A stretch of 61,121 nt of DNA, filler included, from Acidimicrobiia bacterium (lineage in GTDB: Bacteria; Actinomycetota; Acidimicrobiia; Spongiisociales; CAZKJJ01): NCBI GenBank assembly GCA_046759765.1. It is 2 parts of 2 records of this genome, joined end to end, with 100 filler letters (N's around TTAATTAATTAA, not from the genome) between each part and the next. Parts side by side here need not be neighbours in the genome. Positions count along the whole stretch, not along the records: positions 1 to 31,072 come from JBHICV010000012.1; 1 more part is not named here. One strand, written 5' to 3'. Position 1 is the stretch's first letter. Each line of letters starts with the position of its first letter. The notes beneath the pieces were generated by a model. The model was not told where the DNA came from. It searched no databases and worked only from the letters and a program-made list of their open reading frames with translations. Made by a program: the position numbers and the translations under genes. Below are positions 1 through 10,455 of the stretch, piece by piece.

Positions 1-476
1 GGGTCTGGTGTGATCAGAAGGCAGGTGGCGGTGGCTCGGGCGAGGACCCGGCCCGATTGATCTTGGACTTCGGCTTCTGAAACTGCGACGGTTCTGCCCA
101 TGCTTAGGACCTTGCCCACGCAGCTAACCGTGCCGGTCTCAGTCGTGATGGGACGGAGGTAGTTGACCGAGAGGTCGAGAGTCGCATATCCGGCTCCTGC
201 TGGTAGCCGGGTCTGGATCACACATCCGGTTGCCGCGTCCAACAGAGTGGCGGCCAACCCCCCATGAACCGTCCCGTAGGGGTTGTAGTGAAACTCGTCT
301 GGGGTGCAGCTGATCTCGACGTGGCCGTCTCCGAAGTCTTCGAGCCCGAACCCGAGGGTTGCGGCCATGGGCGGTGTTATCTCACCTTCAGACCACGCCA
401 CGAAAAACTCTTGGCCTGACAACGGCCGGGCCGACTCGGCGAGTTCAACCGGTTCGCTCCATTCGTGTGTTCTCAC
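1..476 (-). CDS. PaaI family (hotdog-fold) thioesterase, 3' end runs off the window
   Basis: Manual translation of the minus strand (absent from the ORF track): ...CTPDEFHYNPYGTVHGGLAATLLDAATGC...LDLSVNYLRP..., containing the PaaI N-x-x-G-x-x-HGG-x6-D motif. Start is GTG 476 or an in-frame TTG/GTG at 503/506. Confidence 0.85.
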   Translation of the reverse strand, partial: MRTHEWSEPVELAESARPLSGQEFFVAWSEGEITPPMAATLGFGLEDFGDGHVEISCTPDEFHYNPYGTVHGGLAATLLDAATGCVIQTRLPAGAGYATLDLSVNYLRPITTETGTVSCVGKVLSMGRTVAVSEAEVQDQSGRVLARATATCLLITPD

Positions 477-629
477 TCTGAGCCGGACCCCACCCACTGT
501 CAACACTGGCCCGCTAACTCATTGCCTCGCTTCTCAAGAGGGTTATTGGCCTTGTGTCGGCGGGGGCCCTCGGTTGCGCACGCCCTCGTTGGGGCCCCGT
601 TTACGTTGGCCTACGGCGCGTTGGCTGGG

Positions 630-1151
630 TCAGTCGACGGCTTCGATCTGATAGGCGTCGCCGGTGTCGACGACTAGGACCCCTTGGCCTTTGGCGATTG
701 GCGCGACGATGACGCCGGTTAGGCCGAATATGGCGGCCTCGTTGGTGGGGCTATGCCCGATCGCTAGGGCACGCTGCCCTTCTTGGAGTCGGTGAAACGT
801 GCGTTTGAGCCCTTCAGCTAGCCGTCCGGAGTCAGCCTGAACCAGTTCTGGGTCGGCCCTTCGCAAAGATTCGAGGTCCCCTGCGCCCGCCGATCGGTAT
901 GCGGCTCGCCACCGATCCTCCATGGTTGAACGGAGGGCGGGCTCCACAATCACGCCATCCGGGATTCGCTCGCCGAGCCCGGCAACCACACAGGCGGCGG
1001 TCTGGGTCGCTCTCTGGGCTCCGGACGAAACGAGCACCTGGTAGCCGCCACTCAGCGACCCGCCCAGGTCTAAAGCGGCCTGCACACCTTCTGGGCTCAG
1101 CATGTCGCCGTCGTTGTCGGTGTGCCGCCTCAGCTCCAAGTAACGAGCCAT
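630..1151 (-). CDS. Histidine phosphatase (phosphoglycerate mutase-like) family protein
   Basis: LELRRH N-terminal motif, LSPEG, SSGAQRATQTA and the late GHSP motif. ATG at 1151 preferred over the longer ORF start. Confidence 0.7.
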   Translation of the reverse strand: MARYLELRRHTDNDGDMLSPEGVQAALDLGGSLSGGYQVLVSSGAQRATQTAACVVAGLGERIPDGVIVEPALRSTMEDRWRAAYRSAGAGDLESLRRADPELVQADSGRLAEGLKRTFHRLQEGQRALAIGHSPTNEAAIFGLTGVIVAPIAKGQGVLVVDTGDAYQIEAVD

Positions 1152-1321
1152 TTCAGCCCTTACCTCTAGCACTGATTCTCGCCTTTTGCCCGGGCTGGTG
1201 TTGGCTCGGCTAATCAGCGGCCACTCGTAACGCCCGAGCGTCGAAGCCCGCGCTGAGCACACCCGTCGTGCCTCCGGGTGCTGTCGCTGGCCGGAGTTGG
1301 CTCCCAGGAGCCTCTCTCCCG

Positions 1322-2383
1322 CTACCTGGCATCCACCTCGATCACGACCTCAGCCAGCTCGAAGCGGTCCTCGACCAGACGCATGAGGGTAAATATCAAC
1401 TCGCCTCCGACACCTGCCTCGTCGACCCGCTCCAGGAGGTCCTCTCGACTCGAGATCTGATCATCGTCAACCGCGACGACGATGTCGCCCACCACTAATC
1501 CGGCATCTGCCGCCGCGCCGCCTCCAAAGACCTCCGTGATCACTGCCCCCTCATCGACTGGTAGCCCGAATTGTGCTGCCAGCTGCGGAGTGATCGTGTG
1601 CAGGCCGACCCCGATGAAGGGCTGGCCGGCCTCGGCGATCACGTAATTGACGAAAGGCAGCGCCTGGTCGACGGGGATGGCGAACCCGATGTTCTCGGCT
1701 TGCCGCGCACCAGCCGTATTGATGCCCACCAACTCGCCGCGGGCGTTCAGCAGCGGCCCGCCCGAGTTGCCGGGGTTGATGGCAGCATCGGTCTGCAACA
1801 CCCCCTCCAACTTCGACGTATCCGTTACCACGTCCCTTCCCTTGGCCGACACGATGCCGACGGTGACAGAGAGCCCACGACCGAGTGCGTTGCCGATGGC
1901 GACAACAGGATCGCCCACCTTGAGCTCGCGGCTCGACCCCATCACGATCGGTTCGAGCCCCGACTTCTCTTCCAGCAGGAGCAGCGCCAGGTCGTTGTTC
2001 TGTTCTGCGTCCCACGTGCCGACCACCTGAGCTGTCCGAAGATCCCCGTCCGGCCCGACGACGATGACGCTGCGTGCGCCCGCGATCACGTGGGCATTGG
2101 TGAGGACATGGCCATCGGCGTCGATTACCACGCCGGTACCGGCACCGGCGGGCACCTCGGTGACATCGCCCAGCTCGTCGAGTCGGAGCTGGGTGAGCGT
2201 GACAGTGACCACGCTGGGCTCCACGGCCTCGACCAAGTCGGAAACGTCGGTGAGCACCACGTGGAAGCCAGCCTCCGTCTCACCGGGCGCCTGTCCAGCG
2301 AGGGTGGTGGCCGCTTTGTCGTCGCCGTTGCAGCCAGCGAGGATGAGGACCAGGCCCAGCACGAAGGTGAGGGCTCTGCGCAT
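1322..2383 (-). CDS. HtrA/DegP-like trypsin serine protease with PDZ domain, lipoprotein
   Basis: Lipobox LAGC; catalytic triad motifs LTNAHV, DLALL, TDAAINPGNSGGPL; C-terminal PDZ domain (GLVVGDIVVAVD). Confidence 0.93.
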   Translation of the reverse strand: MRRALTFVLGLVLILAGCNGDDKAATTLAGQAPGETEAGFHVVLTDVSDLVEAVEPSVVTVTLTQLRLDELGDVTEVPAGAGTGVVIDADGHVLTNAHVIAGARSVIVVGPDGDLRTAQVVGTWDAEQNNDLALLLLEEKSGLEPIVMGSSRELKVGDPVVAIGNALGRGLSVTVGIVSAKGRDVVTDTSKLEGVLQTDAAINPGNSGGPLLNARGELVGINTAGARQAENIGFAIPVDQALPFVNYVIAEAGQPFIGVGLHTITPQLAAQFGLPVDEGAVITEVFGGGAAADAGLVVGDIVVAVDDDQISSREDLLERVDEAGVGGELIFTLMRLVEDRFELAEVVIEVDAR

Positions 2384-2436
2384 CGCCGAGCAGTCTAAGT
2401 AGCGCCTCGATTACACGCCCGGCGTAGCCTTGCAAT

Positions 2437-2685
2437 ATGCCCGTCCGTCGGACTCTGACCGTGCGATGCCCACATTGCCAGACGCAGAACCGCGTCGAGA
2501 CACAAGCCGTGGATCTGAACGAAGAAGTAGGTGCTGAAGTGTGGGGCCAGTGCAGCAACTGCAGACGGGAGTTTCAGGTCGTCCGCCCCCTGAATGTCGG
2601 TATTACCACCTCCTGGGTCCTCGTGTCCTATCGCTCCCCGAGAGTGACGCCATTTCTATTTCATATGTGGAGGCCGATCCGCTAA
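2437..2685 (+). CDS. Small zinc-ribbon protein (two CxxC motifs)
   Basis: CPHC...CSNC pair; -10-like TAGCCT lies 6 nt before the ATG (leaderless geometry). Confidence 0.6.
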   Translation: MPVRRTLTVRCPHCQTQNRVETQAVDLNEEVGAEVWGQCSNCRREFQVVRPLNVGITTSWVLVSYRSPRVTPFLFHMWRPIR

Positions 2686-2698
2686 CTGACCCTCCGGC

Positions 2699-3280
2699 TC
2701 AGCTCCTCAGCCTTCGTCGCGTGGCCTCGAGCCAGGCCCTCCGGGTCATGCCGCTGAAGGGCCGGATGAAGAACCAGTAGGCGGAGAACACGCGCCGGGT
2801 CCTCGAGTCTGTGGCAAGAATCCGGGTCTGGGTACTGAGGAAGACGCCGTCGTCGACGGGCGTCGCCAGGAAGTTGGCTCCGATCTTTACGAAGCCGGGA
2901 CGGTCGAAAGCAATGAACTCTTCACGGTTCTCGATATCCGCGCGTTCGCCTCCATCTAACTTCCACGACTGGTCGATGAGCCCCACCGCCAGCTCCCGAC
3001 CGGGTTGCTCCGCCAGCTTGCAGAAACCGAAGTCAAGCATCCGGTCGATAAGCGGACCCTCACGTGGCATCCCGTCGAAGCGGCGCTGCCCGACCAGAGC
3101 GCCGGGCAGGTCGCGAGCGGTCAACAGCAACCGGGCGACAGGCATCTCGTCCGGTGTAACAGCGAAGAACGCAGCCAGGGCCTCATCCGGTGTGGCGTCG
3201 AACTGCCTGCCGTATGTTTCGCACCAGCGCCACACCGGCATCGTGTCGTCGAGGTAGCTTATGCTCGGCCTCACCTTCAA
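2699..3280 (-). CDS. Hypothetical protein, DUF2867-like/SRPBCC-like
   Basis: C-terminal STQTRILATDSRTRRVFSAYWFFIRPFSGMTRRAWL signature typical of this conserved family. Confidence 0.65.
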   Translation of the reverse strand: MKVRPSISYLDDTMPVWRWCETYGRQFDATPDEALAAFFAVTPDEMPVARLLLTARDLPGALVGQRRFDGMPREGPLIDRMLDFGFCKLAEQPGRELAVGLIDQSWKLDGGERADIENREEFIAFDRPGFVKIGANFLATPVDDGVFLSTQTRILATDSRTRRVFSAYWFFIRPFSGMTRRAWLEATRRRLRS

Positions 3281-3304
3281 TCTGATGGCCAGTGCTGGGC
3301 AGAA

Positions 3305-3505
3305 TCAGTTGACAACGAACGTAACGCGGAGGTCCACCTGATAGGCCGAGATCTGGGCACCGTCCAGGATGACCTTCTGATTCATCACCCAAGCCTGCTT
3401 CAAACCCTGGATGGTCTCCGAAGCCTTGGCGACGCCCTTGCGAATTGCATCGTCGAATGACTCGTCTGACCGTGAGGTCAGCTCGACTGTCTTTGCCACC
3501 GACAT
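3305..3505 (-). CDS. Dodecin family flavin-binding protein
   Basis: 66 aa, MSVAKTVELTSRSDESFDDAI...YQVDLRVTF; RBS AAGGAG upstream. Confidence 0.9.
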   Translation of the reverse strand: MSVAKTVELTSRSDESFDDAIRKGVAKASETIQGLKQAWVMNQKVILDGAQISAYQVDLRVTFVVN

Positions 3506-3679
3506 CCTGTAGCTCCTTTCCCGGGAAGCTGATCCCGCGTGCGGGTCACTATGCCGCCACGAAGCTAGCGACGATCGGGAGCAGCCGACTGCGGCCCGCT
3601 AATCGAGCCGCCCGTGAGTTCTCGCGACCATCACGAATCTGCCGCCGCTTCTCCCCGCCGGGCCCCGGCGTTACGCCCT

Positions 3680-6600
3680 CTAGGAGTCCCCCGTCAGCTC
3701 TGCGAGTAGGTCCTGGGCCTGGTGCAAGGCCTGAGTATCACCCGCCGGCTTAACGGCTTCGATCGCAGCCCGTAGGTGCGCCGCAGCTTCCCCACGGCTG
3801 CCCTCGTGGGCGAGCAGCTGCGCCAGCTCGTACTCGATTTGAAACCGGGTTCCGTTTTCGCCCCACTCATCGAGGCGAGAAAGCAATCGCTCAAGCCGCG
3901 TCCTGGCTTCTTTCTTGGCTCTCAAGCCTCGCCGCAGCGAAAAAGGGGCATTCTTCAGAATCTCCCTGAGGGTCGGCGACTCGGCTTGGGCAACATGGCC
4001 GTACATGCTTGCCAGCATCACCTCGCCGGCACGGACGTGGAGCAGCTCGCCGTCGTTGGTTGAACGATCCATCACCTCTTCTATCTGGTCGAAGCCTTCG
4101 TTGGGGCTGCCCTCTACAGCCAGCAATACGCCTTCGCCAAGCTGGAACAGTCGCCGGGAGAACCGCACATGGCGACCCTCGATGAAGCGTTCGATCTGAT
4201 CGTCGTGGAGGGCGCGAGCCTCAGCCATAGCTCCAGCCTTGATCAGCGCATAGAACAGCGAAATAGCTGGAGAGTGCTGGTAGATAGGGTCATTAGCGGC
4301 GTCAACCGCGGCTTGATAGGCGAGGCGCGCGGCGGTGTCGTCGACGACAGTTTGGGCGATCTGGGTCTGAACGAAGTAACCCATAGCCCTCGAGCGGGCG
4401 TTACCGGTTCGCTCACCGAAGCCGATGAGGTCGTCGGCGATTGCGCGCGCTTTCTCGAACTCTCCGTCTCTGGCCAGCACGAAGGCGACCCCGCACTGCG
4501 ACTTGATCCACGGGTACGGCTCGGATACGAGCTGCCGCGACATTTCCTCTGCCTCAGCTCCCGCCTTGAGCGCCTCCTCGGGATTACCGAGCCACCAGAG
4601 TCCCCACACCCGCCACGCCTGGGCATAGGCAATAACGCGAGGGCTCGACGCCTCCTGTCCCAGCTTCAAAGCCCGGTCCAACGTCGCGACTCCTTTCCGG
4701 AACTGGCCTTCGGCCATGTATTGGCAATGGCCGATCCAGCCGGTCCACATTCCGAGCCGTTCCGGATCGGCGACCCGGTCGACGGCGTTCTGATGCTTGG
4801 TCAGGAGTTCGAGTAGGTCCGCGAGACGGGCCTGGTAGTAGGCCAGAAATGCCCACTCGAGCAGGACGTCGACCAGTGCGACGTCCTTGGCAGCGGAAGG
4901 TGGTTCGGACTCCAGCAGCTCGTATGCGGCCCGGTAGTGGGCTTGGGACTCGGCCAAGGCGAAGCGTTCGATGGCTTTGCGCCCCGCAGCCATCAGGTAA
5001 TAGAGGGCTTTTTCGGTGATCCCGCTATGCGAGTAGTGGTAGGCGAGCGTTTCGGTCACCTCTTCGAGCCGACCCGCAAACTGGGCTTCGATGGCACTGG
5101 CGGCTCGGGCGTGGAGCTGCTCTCGTTCAGATTTAAGGAGACCTTCGTAGGCGACCTCCTGGGTCAACGCGTGCTTGAAGAAGTACTCAAGATCCGGGTC
5201 CGGGGACTTTTCACGGATGAGGTCGGCGACCTCGAGGTCGTGGAGGCTGGGATCCAGCTCGTCCGTCACCGTAGTCACGCGCTTCACGACGTCGTACAGG
5301 AACTCCCGGCCTACCACTGCCGCTTCTCGGAGGACCCTTCTCCGAAGATCGTCGAACCGGTCTATCCGGGCCCCTATCACACCTCGGATTGACGTCGGAA
5401 GATTGATCAAATCGAAATCCGTCGATAGCTGCCAGCTGTTTCCGTCGAAACCGACTGCCCCCGTCTCGATGAGACTGTTGACGATCTCCTCGACAAAGAA
5501 GGGGTTGCCGTCGGTGCGCTGAACGATGAAATTGGTCAGCTCGTCCGGAACGGGCCGTCCGTCGAGTAGTGACGCCAGTAGCTCGCTGGTTTGATGAGGT
5601 GAGAGCTCTTTGAGAATGAGCTCTCGCTCGCCGCCGGCATTCAGGCTGAATCCAGGCCGATAGTTGGCCACGACCGAGACTGGCGCCTCCACTCGCTCGA
5701 TCGCTTCGCGGATCAGACGCACTGTCGACGGATCTGCCCAATGCAGATCTTGAAAGGCAAGGACCGTCGGCCGTCGCCGTGCCAGCGATTCGACCATCGC
5801 CACCACGGCGTCCAGCAGCCTCTCTCGGTAAGTCTCGCGATCGAGTGTGACGCCGTCCGGAGTGGTCAACCCAAACAGCCGTGACAGCGGAGCAAGATGG
5901 CGGTCGGCGTCTTCCACGAGACCACTGACGGCGTCCTGGAGCTTGGCCTCCATGATGGCGGGATCGTCGTCTTCGGCAATACCCATCGCCTCGCTCATCA
6001 GGTCGATGACAGCCGCGTAGGGAATATTCTGACCGTAGGAGTAGGCACGTCCTTCAAGCCACTGCACGTCGTCGGGTAGCCGCATCCGGAATTCGGACAG
6101 CAGACGGGTCTTGCCCGCCCCGGCTTCAGCCTGGATGGTGGTGACGCTCGATTCGCCTTCGAGCATCCGCTCGACAGTGCCGAGGAGCACGCCGAGCTCC
6201 TCATCACGTCCAACGAAACTTCCTTGGAGGCGGGATGGCTCGGTTCGCGTCGGGGCCAATCCCCGTACCAGTGTGACCGGCATGCGCCTGCTCTTGCCTT
6301 TCAGCTCGTGCTCCCCGTAGTCGTCAGTGTCGAATATGCCTGCTACAAGACGGGCCGTCTCGGGCCCGATCAGGATCTGACCGGGCTCGGAGAGATCTTC
6401 AAGCCGGGCTGCCACGTTGATGGCGTCACCAACCGCACTGTCGAAGTCCGCCCCCGTGACCACCACCCCGCTGTTGATGCCGGAATGCAGGGCGATCCTG
6501 CTGCCGAGCGTGTCTTCTAGTTCGAGGCTTAGCTCATCGACGGCAGCATGCAGGTCGAGCACAGCCCGAACCGCACGCTCGGCGTCGTCCTCGTGGCTAA

Positions 6601-6895
6601 CAGGATCACCAAAGACGCCCATGACCGCATCGCCGAGGAACTTGTCGATCCTGCCCCCGTAGCTCTCCACGATCTCGGTGGCATGACCGAACACCCGGTC
6701 CATGACCGCCTGCACATCTTCGGGGTCAAACCGCTCAGACAGCCTCGTATAGCCCGACAGATCGCTGAAAAAGACGCTGATCTGGCGGCGCTCACCCTCC
6801 CGCACCGAGGCCGGCTGGAGCTGGCTGCCGCACTGGTTGCAAAAGCGAGCTTCGGCCGGGTTCTCGAACCCGCAAACCGAACAGACGATCGGCAT
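3680..6895 (-). CDS. Zn-ribbon + class III adenylate/guanylate cyclase + STAND (AAA) ATPase + TPR protein
   Basis: CxxC...CxxC N-terminus; cyclase motifs FSDLSGYT, KFLGDAVM, GDAINVAARL; FVGRDEEL, Walker A AEAGAGKT, Walker B FQDLHWAD, GNPFFVEE, FKHALTQEVAY; helical-repeat C-terminus. Confidence 0.92.
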   Translation of the reverse strand: MPIVCSVCGFENPAEARFCNQCGSQLQPASVREGERRQISVFFSDLSGYTRLSERFDPEDVQAVMDRVFGHATEIVESYGGRIDKFLGDAVMGVFGDPVSHEDDAERAVRAVLDLHAAVDELSLELEDTLGSRIALHSGINSGVVVTGADFDSAVGDAINVAARLEDLSEPGQILIGPETARLVAGIFDTDDYGEHELKGKSRRMPVTLVRGLAPTRTEPSRLQGSFVGRDEELGVLLGTVERMLEGESSVTTIQAEAGAGKTRLLSEFRMRLPDDVQWLEGRAYSYGQNIPYAAVIDLMSEAMGIAEDDDPAIMEAKLQDAVSGLVEDADRHLAPLSRLFGLTTPDGVTLDRETYRERLLDAVVAMVESLARRRPTVLAFQDLHWADPSTVRLIREAIERVEAPVSVVANYRPGFSLNAGGERELILKELSPHQTSELLASLLDGRPVPDELTNFIVQRTDGNPFFVEEIVNSLIETGAVGFDGNSWQLSTDFDLINLPTSIRGVIGARIDRFDDLRRRVLREAAVVGREFLYDVVKRVTTVTDELDPSLHDLEVADLIREKSPDPDLEYFFKHALTQEVAYEGLLKSEREQLHARAASAIEAQFAGRLEEVTETLAYHYSHSGITEKALYYLMAAGRKAIERFALAESQAHYRAAYELLESEPPSAAKDVALVDVLLEWAFLAYYQARLADLLELLTKHQNAVDRVADPERLGMWTGWIGHCQYMAEGQFRKGVATLDRALKLGQEASSPRVIAYAQAWRVWGLWWLGNPEEALKAGAEAEEMSRQLVSEPYPWIKSQCGVAFVLARDGEFEKARAIADDLIGFGERTGNARSRAMGYFVQTQIAQTVVDDTAARLAYQAAVDAANDPIYQHSPAISLFYALIKAGAMAEARALHDDQIERFIEGRHVRFSRRLFQLGEGVLLAVEGSPNEGFDQIEEVMDRSTNDGELLHVRAGEVMLASMYGHVAQAESPTLREILKNAPFSLRRGLRAKKEARTRLERLLSRLDEWGENGTRFQIEYELAQLLAHEGSRGEAAAHLRAAIEAVKPAGDTQALHQAQDLLAELTGDS

Positions 6896-6979
6896 AACCC
6901 CAGCCGAAGCCTACGCCGAGTGGCCGATCGAGTAAGCAGCGACGCCCACAACCTCCTGACGACTATTCGGCCCGCCTGA

Positions 6980-7519
6980 TCAAGGCAGTCGCGGCGACGG
7001 TACCCCAGTCAGAAGCTCGAAGGCTGCCAATCGGCTGGCCTGCTCCTCTGACAGATTCGGCGGCAGGGGCATATCCATCAGGCCCTGCTGGATGATGAAG
7101 GCGGCGCCCTCGACCCCCCGGTCCTCCCATGGAACGTCCGGATCGGCCCAAGTCTGATGGCCTCGTAATGCCATAAAGGCCGCTCGCTCCCTGTCCGTCA
7201 GATTGGCCAGCTCCCACGCGTGGGCCAGCTCGTGGAGATAGACGAAGGCCGCGTCGCTGCAGAAAGTGATTCGCCATGGGTAGTGGTCGGTCTCGAATAA
7301 GCCCATATGTTCGAGACACTCGGCGGGGTTCAGGGCAAACGAGATCTGGAGGTTTGGGAGCTTCAGACCTGCCCGCTCGAATGCCTCCACGGCCTGTGCT
7401 ACCTGCTGCCGCTGCTCCGCTGAGCCCCCGATCACCGCGATCGTGGATGACTCGGGGCCGCGGAGCGTCAGACCAACAACCAGTGGCAGCAGGACGCTGA
7501 GCAGGAGTTTCCGGTGCAT
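6980..7519 (-). CDS. Secreted protein with HExxH zincin motif
   Basis: Hydrophobic signal-like N-terminus; VYLHELAHAW motif with a downstream Glu (GVEGAA). Confidence 0.7.
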   Translation of the reverse strand: MHRKLLLSVLLPLVVGLTLRGPESSTIAVIGGSAEQRQQVAQAVEAFERAGLKLPNLQISFALNPAECLEHMGLFETDHYPWRITFCSDAAFVYLHELAHAWELANLTDRERAAFMALRGHQTWADPDVPWEDRGVEGAAFIIQQGLMDMPLPPNLSEEQASRLAAFELLTGVPSPRLP

Positions 7520-7563
7520 GAAGACACCGTCCGCTCAGCCACTCGGTGAGTTGTCGGCGGATA

Positions 7564-7580
7564 CTCAAAGAACCCTCAAA
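7564..7580. promoter_or_regulatory. Direct repeat CTCAAA-N5-CTCAAA (11-bp period), candidate SARP/OmpR-type winged-helix binding site
   Basis: CTCAAA at 7564-7569 and 7575-7580, between the divergent HExxH gene and the SARP gene. Confidence 0.5.
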
Positions 7581-7616
7581 CCTCGGCAGCCGGCGGGTTG
7601 ATAGGGTCATGAGGTC

Positions 7617-10455
7617 GTGGAGCGGCTCCAATACCGGGTACTGGGACCCCTCGAAGTCATGGGATCGGACGGTCCGATCGACCTAGGCGCTCCACGTCAA
7701 CAGAAGGTGCTGGCCCTGCTGCTCTGCTCGCCCGATCGAGTCATCTCCACCGACCGACTGATCGACGAGATTTGGGGCGACGCGCCTCCAGAGAAGGCGA
7801 AGCACTCGCTTCAGACATACATCTCCAACTTGCGACGGACACTCGGACCGGTGATCGAGACAAGACGGCCGGGCTACGTGATTCGTGTTGACGCCGGAGA
7901 GCTCGACAGCCTCATGCTGGAGCAAGCGCTAGACGCTGACGGCAACAGCGTTCGAGAGGCTCTCAAGCTGTGGCGGGGCGAGCCGTTTGCCGGCCTCACC
8001 GAACACTCGCCCATGCTCCAAGCGGAGGCCGCCCGACTCGGGGAGCTGCGCCTCAATGTTTGGGAAGCTCAGATCGAGTCCGATCTCGCCGCTGGTGAGC
8101 ACGACCGCCTGATCGGGCGGCTGGAGAAGCTCACCAGCAGGTACCCGTTGAGGGAACGGTTCTGGGGCGCCCGCATGATTGCCCTCTACCGCTCGGGTCG
8201 ACAGAGTGAAGCCCTTCGCTCGTATCAGGACGCCCGCAGGATCCTGGGCGAGCAGCTCGGTATTGAGCCGTCGCCTGAGCTTCTCGAGCTGGAGGAGCGA
8301 ATCCTGATGCAGGACCCCGGCCTGGCTTGGCAGCCGAGTGAAGCGCCAGTGCCCAACAATCTCCCCAGTCCGATTTCCAGCTTTGTGGGTCGGGAGACGG
8401 AACTCCTAGAGCTCTCCAAGCTGCTGGAGGAGGCGCGCCTCGTGACGGTGTCCGGCCCGGCCGGGTCGGGGAAGACGCGTCTGGCGCGCGAGCTGGGGGC
8501 ATCGATGCTCGATCAGTTCCCCGATGGCGTGTGGCTGGTTCCTCTTGGTCCTCTCCGCGAAGGATCACTGATCCCGACCGAGATCCTCGGGATCCTCGGC
8601 ATGGACGCCCCCGCCAAGAAGACACATCTCGAGGCACTGCGGGACCAACTCGGCGGACGAGACGCCCTGCTGATCATCGACAACTGCGAGCATGTCCTCT
8701 TCGACGCAGCTCAGGTCGTTGTGTCGGTTCTCCACGCGGCGCCCGCCGTCAAAGTTCTCGCCACCAGCCGCGAGCCGCTCGGCGTAACCGGGGAGGTCGT
8801 CTGGTCTCTCAGCCCCATGGGGCTACCTGCGGACATCGACGTAACCCCGACCGAGGCTACGAATGCGGAAGCGGTTCGTCTCTTCGTGGACCGAGCAAGC
8901 GCCGTGCTCCCCGCCTTCCACCTCAACGACGCCAACGTGCGACTCGTGGTACAGATCTGCCGCCGGTTGGATGGACTGCCGTTGGCAATCGAGCTGGCGG
9001 CGGCACGGGCCCGGTCGCTGGGGATCGATCAGATCGACCTCCGGTTGCAGGGCCGGATCGACCTCCTTAGTGGCGGAGATCCCACTGCGCTGGATCGTCA
9101 CCAGACTCTCCTTGGCGCGGTGGAGTGGTCTTACGACCTGCTGCACCAAGCCCAAAGGGAGCTCTACCGGAGACTGTCCGTACTTGCCGGCGGTTTCACG
9201 CAGGAGGCCGCCGAACAGGTAGGGGCATCGGCCACCAACGCAGCCGAGGCGATCCTCGACCTGCTATCCGGACTGGTTGGGCACTCGGTCATCGATGCTC
9301 AGCCCACTGGCGCCGGTATCCGCTATCGGATGCTGGAAACGATCCGAGCACACGCTCTCACGTTGCTGGACGAGTCCGAGGAAGGTGCTTCAGCCCCACG
9401 ACGGGCTCCTGCGATGGACCGCTGATCTCGCCCAAGAGGCCCGCCGCAACCTGGCAGGTCCCGACCAGGCCACATGGATAACCCGCTTGCAGACCGAGCA
9501 CGACAACATCCGAGTGGCCCTCGCCTGGGCGCTCGAGAACGATCCTGTGCGAGGGCTAGCCGTCACCACTCCGCTGGCGCAGTTCTGGTTCACGCACAAT
9601 GTCGAGCGGGAATCGCCATCAGTAGGCACGACGTCGTATCTGCGGGAAGGCGCCGACTGGTCGCAGAGAATGCTTGACGCGGCCCAAGAAGCACCGGCCG
9701 AGCTTCGAGCGCGGGCTCTCGTCGCTCTCGGGGGACCGCTCCAAATCAGACTGGGCGAGTTCGAAGCGGCGGTGGCCAACCTGAAGGCGGCGGAGGCCCT
9801 ACTCGGACCGCTCGATCTCCCGGGCTCTGAGGGCTGGGCGGTGCACTACCAAGGGATCGCCACCTGGGGCACAGTGCCTTGGCACAAGACGGTCGATCTG
9901 TTCCGGCGGGCGTTGCAACTTTTCACGAAGGCCGAGAATCGCCGCGGGATGCTGTTCGCCAACCTGCTTTGGGGCTATGCCCTGGTTCTAGAAGGATCCG
10001 AGGTTGATGAAGGTCTCGAGCGGGTCGGCCGGTTCGATCAGATGGCCAGGAAGAGCGAAGTCCCCGATCTGGTTGGTCATGCTGCGTACGGAACCGCCAT
10101 TGTTGACCTGATGCTGGGACGCCAGGGTAGGGATGTTTCGGATCGTTTGGACGAAGCGATCAGGACCTTCGATGAGATTTCGAACCTCGGCTGCCTGGCG
10201 CATACGCTGCAGGCCACAGCTCTGTATCACGCCGAGACGGGCGACCTGGAGCGAGCTGCTCGGGTGTCGGCGAGCGCCTCTGCGCTGCGCGATCGGCTGG
10301 CGATGGTGTTCGCCCCGTTTTGCGGGTTCTGGCCCGACGTGAAGTTAGACACGCTGCAACCGGAGTTGCGCGAGACCGCCTTGGAGGAAGGGCGCTCCAG
10401 CAGCTACGACGGCGCGGTCGAATACGCGCGAGAGGGGCTGAGGGCGGCTTCGTAG
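7617..10455 (+). pseudogene. AfsR/SARP-family regulator (wHTH-BTAD + NB-ARC/STAND ATPase + TPR), split by a one-base frameshift near 9394-9397
   Basis: ORF 7617-9425 has LQYRVLGPL, BTAD (PLRERFW...ALYRSGRQSEAL), GPAGSGKT, LIIDNCEH, LDGLPLAIELAA. ORF 9277-10455 continues the family pattern (LAGPDQATWITRLQTEHDNIRVALAWAL). Removing one C from GCCCC joins them. A sequencing error is also possible. Confidence 0.8.

Noticed and set aside
3680..10455. Avs-type anti-phage STAND defence system
   Set aside because: The N-terminal outputs are a cyclase and a SARP DNA-binding domain, which are common actinobacterial signalling architectures. There is no nuclease, TIR or SIR2 effector and no defence-island context.
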